DNA of 64,000 bases. It comes from Mantamonas sphyraenae STR306. Its lineage: Eukaryota; Protista; CRuMs. The translations under genes and the position numbers were made by a program. Each line of letters opens with the position of its first letter. Position 1 is the stretch's first letter. The stretch covers positions 124,001 through 188,000 of the forward strand of contig JAPMXV010000005.1 in assembly GCA_026936335.1 (NCBI GenBank). Direction: 5' to 3'. The notes below the pieces were generated by a model that worked only from the letters and a program-made list of their open reading frames with translations, was not told the DNA's origin and made no database searches. Shown piece after piece: positions 24,901 through 35,334 of this stretch.

Positions 24901-27900
24901 CACCTCGGAGGCCGGCGCTGTGCACACAACCATGGTCGAGGAGACGTACTGCACAGTGGAGCTCGTTCCCGTGCCCATGCGACACGCAAGGGTGTCCGTG
25001 TTGACAAAGTCGACGCCGACAAAGGTGACGTCAAAGCCGCCAAAGACGGGCCCGCCCGTGGGCACCACCGACGTCACCGCCGGCGTGTTGATGTACCGAA
25101 ACTGCTGTTGGGCCAGGGAAAAGGGAGCCGAGGCGCCGTTGGCCACATACACAGGCACAATGGCACCCAGGTTGTACGCGGGGGCGGTGCAACGCACGTG
25201 CGTGAGGGACACCACCTCTGCTTCTGATGTGGCGTTACCTGCCACCCCAAAGCGACACACTGTGCGTGCAAAGTTGGTGCCAAACACAGACACTTTTGTA
25301 CCGGCAAAGCCCACCTTGGGACTGATGCTCGTGGCGTTGGCATTGCCTGCCACGAACAATGAAAACGCTTGCGTGGAAAACAGCGTGCCGTCAATGTCCA
25401 CCCTGGCTGTGTACGTGCCTGCTGCTCCAAAGGTCAGATTGGCTGCAACGGCACTGGCTCCCAGCTCCAGCGCCGGCGTGGCACTACCGTTGACCGTGGC
25501 CGAGGGTCCAACGAGACTCATGTGCACCGTTGTGCCATCTGGCACACTGGACATCAGGTTCCCAAACTGGTCTGCCAGAAGCAGGGAAAGCCGCGTGGAC
25601 AGTCCCAAGGCAGTGGTGCTGGGATTGCTGGGGAGGGCGGTGGTGGACGGGATGTGCAGGCCTCCCGGCTGGTACGCGACTGTGCCGGTGCCCACCTGAA
25701 CCACGCCTTGGGATGCAAAGGCGACGTAGGCGCGCCAAGTCATTGTGCCCGCCGTGGTGGTGGTCACCGACGTGCGATACACGCCCTGGGACACTTGTGT
25801 GGAGGTCTTGTTGTCCACTTGGGTGCCATCTGCGTTGCTGAGAATGACAAACACATGCTGCGTGTCCGCCACATTCGACGGGTTTTCCTGCGTGTCGCGC
25901 GTCTGCACCTCGATCGTAGTCGGTGTGTTGACCACCACCGTGTGCGAGGTGGTCCTGTTTGTTTGAGTCTTGCCCACGTTCGGTGCCGCCGCCACGCAGC
26001 GCAGCGGGATGCTGTTGACCACGTTGGCGCCCAGACGCACGTTCAATGTCGTGGAGACGGCCTTGAGGCATCGGGCGGTCAGTGAAAACAACGAGCCCAG
26101 GGCAGAGGCGATGTGTGACGACGTCACCGTCAGGCCCGGCTGCGCAGCCACTTGAAAGTTCACGGCGCCTTCGTCGACGATCGGGTTTGAAAATACGTCT
26201 GTGAGAAGCGCACGTGCGAAAACAACGTCTGCATCCCCCGACACAATGTTGCCGGACGGAACCAAGGGAATTGTGGTCACAAGGGGCGCTGGGGGAGGGG
26301 AGTGGGGGGGAGGGGGAGGGTGAGTGCGGGTCATAAGGATGGCGACACGCAAAAGGGAGGAGCACGTACTGGTGGGCACCTTGGATAAGGTGTAGGGGTT
26401 TTGCGGGAGCGGCACGAGCCCAGCGGGGGTGCTGACGATGAGGGTGTACGAACCTGTGACGGTTGCGTTGTACGTGATGTCCCATCGAGCATTGTTCTTG
26501 TCCACGCTGACTGTGGTGACCGTAGGCTGTAGCTGCACGCCGTTGGGCAGCTGGGAAAAGGAGGCGGTGATGTAGTTTGCTGCGAAATTGGCACCGGCGC
26601 ACTTGGCGACCTCTGTGTAGCGCAGCGTAACCAGCTTGGATGCCTCGGTGTTTCCATCCACAATATCCAGCGCCTTGGTGTTGACCGGGGCAGTTACCGG
26701 GCCGTCGCATACACCACACGCTGCAATTGCATTGGAAGGGGTTGGGAGGGGGGGGTGGGCGGGTTAGCTCAAACTACAACACGAGGAACACACGCTTCGT
26801 GGACGTACCATCATATTTCTTGGTGCCACCCCAGACGCCTGCACAGTCGAGGTTGGTGGGTGCGTGGTTGGTGCTGTATGTGGCCGTCCCTGCGACGATT
26901 CCACCGTCCGCCAAGCGTTGGTTGACACAGACCATGTTGCCGGCGTCAAAGTTGAAGTATGCATAGCTAAACTCGTCGTTTGTGGAACGCATGGCCTGGT
27001 TGAGAGCTGAGTCGGTGATGGAAGACTGCCAGAAGCGAATGTCGTCGATGAGGCCGTTGAAGCCCCTGGCTCCAACATACGTTGCCTGCTTGCTCGGAAT
27101 CTGCACGTTCGTGTTGCCGTCTGTGCGCGAATAGCTCACAAAGGTGCCATCCACACCTACCTGATGTGTAGCGGTGTTGACACGCCGGGTGACGACAAAG
27201 TGCCACTGTATTGCGGGGTGTTGTGTCAGTTACTGATGCAGTGTGTGGGCAACGGGGGAGCTGTGTACCTACCTGGTCGTCGGTGATCGATGTGGAGGAC
27301 ACCGCTGATCCTTGACTGCTGGGTTGAGCTTTCTTCTGAGTGTAGTGACCGCCATAGGACTGGATGAAGGAGCGCACACGGCCGTTGGGTTGGATGCACA
27401 TCGTGTAAAACTCAAGTCGGTTCTTGGCCGTGGCTGCGCCGCAGTCGTACACGTTGTAGTTCTGTGTTGACTGGCTTTTGAACCAGAGCATGCCTGCACT
27501 CGTGCTCGTTTTCACCCACATGCTTAGCGTAAAGGCACTCGCGTCGATGTTGAACACGCTCGAGCCAGCGGTGGTCGTGGCTGCAGAAGGGAGACAAGGG
27601 CAGCGGCTGTGAGCAGGCAGACGTCGGTGACGGGTGGAAAACGATGGCCATGGCGCGAGTTGTGGAAACAAAGGGTCTCAGGGAACCTCGCCACGCAACC
27701 TACAGCCCACGACGGCGATGGTGTTGCCGTTAAACTGGATGGCCTTGTTTGCGCCTCCGTCATGCAAGCCTGGGTGGTGGGATGGGGAGGTGGAGTGTGC
27801 ACAGGCCGTCGGGGCGTCGAGGTGTAAGCGAGCAAAAAGAACGGTGATGACACCTCCGGAGAAAACACACGCACCGTGGACGGAGATCAAGACACTGGAC

Positions 27901-27968
27901 AAAACCAGCACCATGGCCAGTGTGCATCCGCACATCTGACGCATGGAAACCATTGCAGCGCTGCTCAT
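18935..27968 (-). CDS. Giant (~2860 aa) cell-surface receptor-like protein A: signal peptide, LamG/ConA-like, Ig/filamin-like and IPT/TIG repeats, Cys-rich (GCC2/GCC3-like) repeats, ~9-TM C-terminal domain; apparent single-base frameshift near 20155
   Basis: Signal LAMVLVLSSVLISVHG; LamG FTLSMWVK...WHFVV...FNGLIDDIRFW; IPT motifs SISPK.G..GT.V...G.NF and VTSVVPTGGP; CxxCxxGxY repeats; TM motifs NYLQV, RWP and YRFLYEGFRPKRYFWE..RK. Introns 27770-27853, 27581-27703, 27206-27272, 26721-26808 and 26289-26369. Several in-frame ATGs (27968 to 27914) make the start uncertain. Confidence 0.8.
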
Positions 27969-28192
27969 CGTTCTCGGCTGCGCGCAACGGGTGGTGTTTC
28001 TTTTGGCGGAGGAAGAGCGGCGGTGGAAGAGAGAAATCGGAGCGTGCAAGCGGAGAAGGAGAGGCTGGGGAGATGGGCACGGGCAGAGCGGTGGATATGT
28101 GCGTTAAAGGGATGTGCTGTGGATTGAGGACGGTGGGGGCATGTGTATGGTGCGTAGGAAGCGAAAGAAGTTATGGGGAGGAGAATGGCGTT

Positions 28193-28234
28193 GGTCGCAA
28201 GTGGATGAGAGGGTGGTGGGTCGGGTGGCTTGTA
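28193..28234 (+). promoter_or_regulatory. Conserved upstream elements of the 5S genes (GGTCGCAAGTG at about -68/-69; TGTA at -30)
   Basis: The same motifs lie at the same distances upstream of copy 1 (28193, 28231), copy 2 (32698, minus strand) and copy 3 (63483, 63522), although the copy 1 flank otherwise differs. Confidence 0.55.
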
Positions 28235-28260
28235 AACATGAAATCGGCAGAAGGGAAGTA

Positions 28261-28378
28261 ACCAACGTTCAAACACTCCAGAAAGCACAGGGTCCCTGCC
28301 GAACCCCACCGTTAAGCTGGAGATGGCAGCCGTAGTACTTTGATGGGGGACCTCAAGGGAATTGGCTGTGACGTTGGT
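28261..28378 (+). rRNA. 5S rRNA gene, copy 1
   Basis: 118 nt that fold as eukaryotic 5S: helix I ACCAACGTT/GACGTTGGT, helix II CTCCAG/CTGGAG, loop C CCGAAC, GTTAAGC, helix V GCAGCC/GGCTGT, loop E AGTA/GAA, helix IV CTTTGA.GG-GGGA-CC.TCAAGG. Followed by an oligo-T run. Confidence 0.93.
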
Positions 28379-28385
28379 AATTCTC

Positions 28386-28397
28386 TTTTTCTTTTTT
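28386..28397 (+). terminator. RNA polymerase III oligo(dT) terminator of 5S copy 1
   Basis: TTTTTCTTTTTT starts 8 nt after helix I. Equivalent T-runs follow copies 2 and 3. Confidence 0.75.
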
Positions 28398-28534
28398 GGC
28401 TTCCTTGCAACATGCGTCTCTCCACACTTTCTTCCCCTCCCAACACAAGTTGTTCTTCCCAGCCCACCCCAGTCATCTGTCTCATCAAGCAACCTCAGAG
28501 GCAGAACGGGCGCCATCTTGCCCAACCAGCCACC

Positions 28535-31500
28535 ATGTCCACACCAGACGACCTGGTTGCCCATTGTGGTCGGTGGGGAAGTGTCGAGAAGCTACTTGAC
28601 GCCTTGAAGACATGCGACTCCGAAGCACTGAATGCCCAAAACTCCAGCAACGGGCAAACCCCACTCATGATCGCCAGCCAAAACGGACGCGCTGACAAAG
28701 TTTGGACCCTGTGCTCAGCCGGCGCAGCTGTGGACATTGAAGATGCAAATGGTCGGCGTGCATTGCACCATGCTGTGAAAGGGAAGCACTTTGAGTGCAC
28801 GTACGCGCTGGTGGAGGGCTTTGGCGCCAGCAGATCAGGCATGGACTTTGACTGGGAGCGAAGCGCCGTGCTTGCGACTGGCGCAACTGTGTGGGACATG
28901 GGCGAGCAAGGTCGTACGTGGCTGAGGCAGGCCATGTACGGCGGCGGACGCGAGCGAGATCGACGTGTGGTTCCCTGGCGCAAGGAGGTGCACTTTGCAG
29001 TGGCCGCGGACGACGACCTGGCAGTGGAAATGGCGCTTCTCATCCGCGATGCGGAGGGTCTATGCCATGCCTTTGTGTGGAGAGTGGCAGAGTGGCTGAC
29101 CATGACGAAAGAAGAGGGAAAACGACGACGTCGATTCATCACTCACCCCAAGTCCACTCGACAGCGCACTGAGGACCACGACGATGGATCAAGCAAGCAA
29201 AGAAGCAGTTTCAAAGTGAAACAACGCTCTTCAGGCGCCAGCAGCAACAGATCGAACACCAATCAGCGTTTTGGGTCGTCGTCCTCCAACGGGCCACAGC
29301 ATCCTGAGGGTACTCAGGTGGAGACAACAGAACTGCGTGCATGTTTCCACGCAGGTGCGCTTTCCCGTGTGTGGGAGGTAGGGAGAAATGAGCGAGAGGA
29401 AGAGGAGGAGGAGGAGGAGGAACGGGTACGAGCACAACCAGGCGAAAAGCGCAGCATGGGATTGCAGCTGGTGGAAGCAGCCGAGGGTGGAGATGCAAAA
29501 CAGATTTCACAGATGCTGGAAGACCCTCGGTGGGCCAAGGTGCGCATGAAAAGACACGTGGTGAAGGCAGTGGTGGCAGCAGCCTCGCAGGGTCATGTGG
29601 ACTGTGTTGTCACACTGGTGGACAAAGGCAAGGTGCTGGACGCAAGAGAAACGGTACTGAAGACACTGGCGTTGGAATTGGTCAGATCAGGCACCCTTGA
29701 ATGTGTCCGGGTGCTGGCAGGGCGACACATTGCCCTATTCAGCAATGCCTCGTCTGGAGACAAGACAACGCCTTTGGTGAGTGCCATCGAACAAGGCAGG
29801 ATGGACATATGCCAGCTATTGGTCAATGCAGGCGTCTGTGCTGGCAACCCGTGGGCTCAAGGGATGGCGATGGAGGCAGCCATCGAGGCCGGATCCGTGG
29901 CCATGCTGGATTGTCTCCTGCGCGCGCACGTCATCGCCCCTTCCATGTGCCACACGATTCTGTGCAAAGCGATCCAAGCAGACAATGTGGACATGGTCGA
30001 CCTGTTGGTGGCGTCGGGAGTGGATGTGAATGGGCCAGAAGACACGTTGGACGTGCTGTTGCTTGCATCTGCGTCTGCATCGCCAGAGATGGTCCAGCGG
30101 TTGTTGGCACACGGCGCAATGGTGGACAGGATCTCATCGGGATTCCCGCACACAGCCCTGGCGGCGGCAGCTGCCAATGGCAAAACAAGCAACGTGCGCA
30201 CGTTGCTGGAGGCCGGTGCAGACATTGACTGCCCTGCGACGCACTCTGGATTCACAGCGCTCATTGCAGCCAGCAGAAGTGGCCACGAGGAATGCGTGCG
30301 TTTGCTGCTGCACGCTGGGGCAGATCCAAATGCAGAGGGAGCCAACGGAGTGACCGCGTTCTTCTTTGCGGACGACAAACAGCACATTGGCTGCATGGAG
30401 GCACTTTTGAAGGGCGGATTTGACGTGGAATCGGGCAAACAGGGCTTCACGCCATTGATGGTGACTCTGACTCGGGACGAGGGCTCGTCTGCAGACACGG
30501 TGCGCCTGCTGATTGAAGCGGGAGCAAACGTCGATGCTGTAAGTGCTCATGGTGCCACACCTGTGTGGTGTGCATGCGACAACCACCAAACCAATGCATT
30601 GAGGATGCTGGTGGATGCAGGCGCAAAACTTGACGTCAATTGTCCCTTTTCGAACAAACGCGCCATCACGGCGGCGGTGGAGAAGGGATTTCTGAACACA
30701 GCGAAGTGCATGCTGGAGGTTGGTGCAGATGTGTCGCACGTGGACGACGCGGGAGAGAGCGCGCTGACGTATGCGGTGAGATCGTCAGGCGAGTTGATGG
30801 TGAACCTGATCCTGCGCTGCGGACAGGCGCTGGATTACGACGCAGGGGCCATGATTGCTGTTGAACAATGCAAGGTGTCAGTGCTGCAGATGCTGCTGGA
30901 AGCAGGGGCTGATCCACAGCATGAGCGGGACGGGTGGTCGCTGCTCGCGCTGGCGGCAAACACAGTCAACGACACCGCACGTGCGGCCATGGTAAAGGTG
31001 CTGCTTGATGCAGGAGCAAATGTGCACGGGAGCCAGCTCGAAGAGGGCAGGAGGAAAGTACCGCCGCCTGTGGTGCACGCAGCGACGCGCGGGTGTCTGC
31101 ATTCGGTGCAGATGCTGCTTGATGCTGGGGCTAGTCCTCACCCAACTGGCATGGGCAGTTTCATGTGTCCTGTGAGCCAAGCGCTGGAAACGTGGAAGGG
31201 TGAAACGGAGGAAGTTGTGCTTGCGTTGCTGCGCGCAGGGGCGACATTGTCTGGACAGAGACTGCGCATGGGGTTTGGTGAGCTCAGGTTGGTCACGGCT
31301 GCCCTCTCTGTGAGCCGAGAACCCATCCAGGTGCTGGAACTGACGGGGGAAACTTCCGAGGCCGAGTTTGCCTTGTTTGTTCAGGCGTTGGTGCAACATC
31401 CCGGCATGTTGCAATGTCTGGTCATGAATCGCGCCTCGCTGAGCAGCTCCCAGGCAATCCAACTGGCACAATTCGCGGTGACATTGGAGCGGCTGCACAT

Positions 31501-32266
31501 GGCCAAAGTGGAGAAAGCCTCTGTGTCGATGATGGATGTGATCACGGAGACTTTGCTTCGCAGCGCTTGGTCGCCGAAAAGCAGTCTGATGGAACTGGAC
31601 TTGCAGGCGATCTCTCTACGGTTGGGCAGTGAGAAGGTGCTTGAAGAGCTGCTAAGCAGCACACCTACAGTGAACTTGGAGCGTCTGCGGCTGCACCCGT
31701 ACGACACGGCCGTAACCAAGATGACTGTCTGCGAGGAGAACAAGCGGCTGTGCCATGTCATTGTCGACGGGTTTTGGCGCCATCCTGTGCTCCTGCGCAA
31801 CTGCAACGTGGCAGAGGAGGTGATTGCGGCTGCAAGACTCGGCGAGGTGGAGCAGGTGAGAGCCGGCATCAAGTGGGGAGCAAATCCAAACACACGGGCA
31901 GGCAGTGTGCGAGACTCTGTCAGTGTCCTTGAACGGGCCATTTGGTCTAGATCGGCCCGACGCGATGAGATGATTCAGGAGCTGCGGTGGCTCGGGGCAG
32001 ATGCGTCCAAGGTGCGCCGAACAACGAGGCCAACGTGGAGTCGCGCCGTGCATTGGATGCTGTTGGAGACGGATGGGCTCGACGAGGAGCTGGAAACGAT
32101 GTTTGTGATGAACATGGAGGAAAGGGAAGCGATGTTCGAGGCGGGTGGGATGGACAGGTATGTGGAGGAGAAGGGGTGGGAACAGTGGGTGACGCTGCCG
32201 GACGAGGTGGTGGAGAGGGTGGAGACGTGGCTGGTGCGTGCAAACGGGGCATGGACAGGTGCTTGA
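28535..32266 (+). CDS. Ankyrin-repeat protein (many ANK repeats, LRR-like segment, C-terminal WS..H...LPDEVVERV motif); no intron needed
   Basis: ANK consensus repeats (GQTPLMIASQNG, GFTALIAASRSGHEECVRLLLHAGADPN, GATPVWCAC, GESALTYAV). CACC-ATG at 28535. Confidence 0.88.
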   Translation: MSTPDDLVAHCGRWGSVEKLLDALKTCDSEALNAQNSSNGQTPLMIASQNGRADKVWTLCSAGAAVDIEDANGRRALHHAVKGKHFECTYALVEGFGASRSGMDFDWERSAVLATGATVWDMGEQGRTWLRQAMYGGGRERDRRVVPWRKEVHFAVAADDDLAVEMALLIRDAEGLCHAFVWRVAEWLTMTKEEGKRRRRFITHPKSTRQRTEDHDDGSSKQRSSFKVKQRSSGASSNRSNTNQRFGSSSSNGPQHPEGTQVETTELRACFHAGALSRVWEVGRNEREEEEEEEEERVRAQPGEKRSMGLQLVEAAEGGDAKQISQMLEDPRWAKVRMKRHVVKAVVAAASQGHVDCVVTLVDKGKVLDARETVLKTLALELVRSGTLECVRVLAGRHIALFSNASSGDKTTPLVSAIEQGRMDICQLLVNAGVCAGNPWAQGMAMEAAIEAGSVAMLDCLLRAHVIAPSMCHTILCKAIQADNVDMVDLLVASGVDVNGPEDTLDVLLLASASASPEMVQRLLAHGAMVDRISSGFPHTALAAAAANGKTSNVRTLLEAGADIDCPATHSGFTALIAASRSGHEECVRLLLHAGADPNAEGANGVTAFFFADDKQHIGCMEALLKGGFDVESGKQGFTPLMVTLTRDEGSSADTVRLLIEAGANVDAVSAHGATPVWCACDNHQTNALRMLVDAGAKLDVNCPFSNKRAITAAVEKGFLNTAKCMLEVGADVSHVDDAGESALTYAVRSSGELMVNLILRCGQALDYDAGAMIAVEQCKVSVLQMLLEAGADPQHERDGWSLLALAANTVNDTARAAMVKVLLDAGANVHGSQLEEGRRKVPPPVVHAATRGCLHSVQMLLDAGASPHPTGMGSFMCPVSQALETWKGETEEVVLALLRAGATLSGQRLRMGFGELRLVTAALSVSREPIQVLELTGETSEAEFALFVQALVQHPGMLQCLVMNRASLSSSQAIQLAQFAVTLERLHMAKVEKASVSMMDVITETLLRSAWSPKSSLMELDLQAISLRLGSEKVLEELLSSTPTVNLERLRLHPYDTAVTKMTVCEENKRLCHVIVDGFWRHPVLLRNCNVAEEVIAAARLGEVEQVRAGIKWGANPNTRAGSVRDSVSVLERAIWSRSARRDEMIQELRWLGADASKVRRTTRPTWSRAVHWMLLETDGLDEELETMFVMNMEEREAMFEAGGMDRYVEEKGWEQWVTLPDEVVERVETWLVRANGAWTGA

Positions 32267-35200
32267 TGGGTATGCATGACATGCGCCCCCACCGACTCCC
32301 AGTACCCACGAATCAACGCTGAGTCCCAGTTCATTGTCTGCAGGAGAGCAGGGGGGAACAAGACACACACATACACACACACACGTGCACACATTCAATG
32401 AAGCGAAGCACTACCCACCCCACCCGCCCGAAAACACAATGACCCACAGTCGGCACTGGGAACCATGCAAAAGAAAACGAGCCAAGCCGAAAAAAAGCAA
32501 AAAAGAGAATTACCAACGTCACAGCCAATTCCCTTGAGGTCCCCCATCAAAGTACTACGGCTGCCATCTCCAGCTTAACGGTGGGGTTCGGCAGGGACCC
32601 TGTGCTTTCTGGAGTGTTTGAACGTTGGTTACTTCTCTTCCGCTGCCCCTCCACCTACACCCTGCGCCAAACCTACTGCCCCGCGCGCACTTGCGACCGC
32701 CCGTGTTCCCCCGCACAACCACTTCCACCCCGCTCCTCCACCTCCCAATCCCTCCCCCGTCCTCTCCACCTCCCACATACACACACACGCCTCCCTTCTT
32801 TCCATACCCTTCCCTCCCATCCCTGCCCACCCCTCCACCGACCCGTCCTGTCCCCGCCTTCCCGCACCCAACCATTTTCCCCCTGCCCTCCTCGGATACG
32901 CGACCACCATGTCCATTCCGACCCCCACGGTACGCCCCAGCCACCGTTCTCCCACCCTCCCACCCTCTTCCTCCCCCGACTCACACCCACACCTTCCTGT
33001 CGACCCAACCCGCCTTCACCCGCCGAATCCGTTTCCCTTTTCCAGACCCGTCTTCTCGCCCTCCTACTGCTCCTCCTGGGCATGCACATGGTCGCTGCTG
33101 ACTTTTCCTTGGACGAAAACGCAGGGTGGCCCATGTACCAGGCCGACACATCCAACACAGGCCGCTCCCATGCGTTCCCTGATGCGCATGTTCCCGATTT
33201 GGCCACCGGCGCAGACCACACTTCCACCCAGGTTGCCGGTTGTATATGTGCGTTTGCACCCACACTTTGCCCTCCATGCCCTGCACACCACTTTGTCCAT
33301 TTCCATTCTCCCGTTTCCGTGCCCCATGCACACATGCATCGGCCTCCCCGCACGACTGCAAACTCGTTTTCCCGCCGCTCACCCGTTTCTTCTCCCGCCC
33401 TGCCTCCGTCCCTTGGAAACTGCCCACAGTCCTCGGCGCAGCTGCAGTGTCACAAAAGGGGGACATCATTGTGGGCTGCCAGGCTGCATCCACCCCTAAG
33501 CTCTACGGCCTGACCAGCAGGCTTGAGGATGCCTGGAACTTCTCACTGAACGCGCCCAGTACGTCTTCCCATCAGACCGCGTGCACACACACACACGTGC
33601 GATGTTGCTGACACATCACTGGTCACCTCTCCACCCTGTTTCCCTGTTCCTCATCCCCTGCCTTTCCGCCCTTGCAGTGCTCACGGCGCCCATGCTGGTC
33701 AACGGCAGCAATGTCCTCACCACCACCAGCGGCACAGGCGGCATCAACTCGCGTGCCCTTCTCTTCAACTCTGTCTCTGCCGGCGGAGTCCGCGATGAAC
33801 TTTCCTTTTCAGCACAGATGGGTATGTGGCCCACCCACGTCGCTGTGTTTCCGCCGCAGGCGCCCGCAGCGAAGCTTTTTTGCTTGACCCTTGTTCCAGC
33901 TCGTCTCACACTCCCCACCCACAGGTCTCACACGCCCCACCCTCTGTGCCGGACGCTATCTGTACGGCGGCGGTGTCTCTGCGTGGTCTGGTGTGCGCTC
34001 GGTGCGCTTTCTGGGCAGCTCCCTGGCAGCCGGTTCCGTCGGTTCAGACATCAGTGCGTTTCCTGCCGTTTTTCTCGTTTCACCACCTGCCCTGCAGCTC
34101 ACACAGACCCACGTGCCCTTGTGTGCACTCGCCGTACCCCGTCACATGCAGTTCTGGGTGGACTGGCTGCAAACAATGCGGGCGAGGTGTTCTACGCAAC
34201 CGAAGAAGGCAAGACGGCGATGCGTGCTTGCACCACAGGCTCCGTCTCCTGGTCCATCACCTACCCAGGAGAGCACTTCCGCACAACGCCTGTGCTGCGT
34301 CATTACAAAGGAGAGGCAACTCTGCTGCTGGCCAGCAACTCGACACTGCGCATGGTCCACCAGGTCAACGGGTCTGAGATCTGGGCTGTTCCCTTTTCTG
34401 CCAATGAGGACGACGTGGTGCTCAGCCCCGTAGGCGGCTTTGCCTACAGCGACGCATGGGATGTGTTTGTGGTCAACAACCGCACACACCACGTGGGCAT
34501 CAACGCAGCATCGGGGTCACTGCGTTGGGCTGTGGCCAATCCCAACGAAAAGAGTGCGTTGGATTGCCACAATCCCCTCACCCACCACTGCCTTTTACAA
34601 CCCTTCACTACCACCCCAACTCCATTGCTAACACCCGTCCCTTCACAGCCACGTGCAACATCATCATCGATGCGCGACAAGGACAAGAACAACGCGCATA
34701 CGTGGGCACAAACACATTGCTGCGATCCATCAACGTCAACAATGGCACGCTGATGGAGTCGTACGACACTGGACGCCTCGTGCGAGGACTGGCAACCGCC
34801 CTGGATGGGTCACTGGTGATGGTGTCCGGAGACAGGGTGCTGTTGTGGAACGGCACCTGTCCGGCTGGAAGTGAACGCCGTGCAGAGGTGTCACAGTGTG
34901 CAGCGTGCATTCCAGGCAAGTTTAGTGCAGTGGCGGGTGCTGCATGCACGCCGTGCACAAACAACACATACAGCAACACCACGGGGGCAACCAGCTGCAC
35001 AGCATGCACATTCGGGTATGCCTTTGTCAACACCACCACAGCATGCACGCCTCTGGTGTGCAACGCCAACGAAATCATTACGCAATCCAACACATGTGGA
35101 GTGTGTGCAGCAGGCAGCTACCGGGCAAACAGCACGGCATGCGAAACATGCCCTGTGGGCCACTACTGCCCAAGCGGAAGCACAACGCCCACAGTGTGTC

Positions 35201-35334
35201 CCGCCACCACATACTCCAACAGCACAGGGGTCACATCTTTGTCCGGCTGCCTCGCCTGTCCCTCTGGATCTGTGGCAGGCGCACCTGCGTCGACATCCTG
35301 CGACGTGTGTGCTGCGGGCACATTCGCCGACGGC
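32178..35334 (+). repeat. Left arm of a long near-identical inverted repeat (partner 60847-64000; true outer end lies beyond what the window can show)
   Basis: Position x pairs with about 96181-x. The mirrored ORF sets are nearly identical (e.g. 33581..34753 vs 61428..62600). Identity ends after ...cattcgc(c/a)gacggc. Confidence 0.95.
32512..32629 (-). rRNA. 5S rRNA gene, copy 2
   Basis: Exact reverse complement of copy 1. A-runs at ~32490-32504 form the minus-strand T terminator. Confidence 0.93.

Noticed and set aside
28340-28534. N-terminal extension of the ANK ORF beginning inside the 5S gene
   Set aside because: It overlaps the rRNA and its terminator. CACC-ATG at 28535 is the more plausible start.
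28250-32640. DNA transposon with terminal inverted repeats
   Set aside because: The inverted repeats are full 5S rRNA genes. No transposase motif or target-site duplication is seen, so it is kept only as a cassette hypothesis.
32331-33513. Cluster of Pro/Gly-rich short ORFs (mirrored at 62668-63847)
   Set aside because: They arise from the C-rich promoter and introns and the 5S gene. Only the signal-peptide exon is credible.
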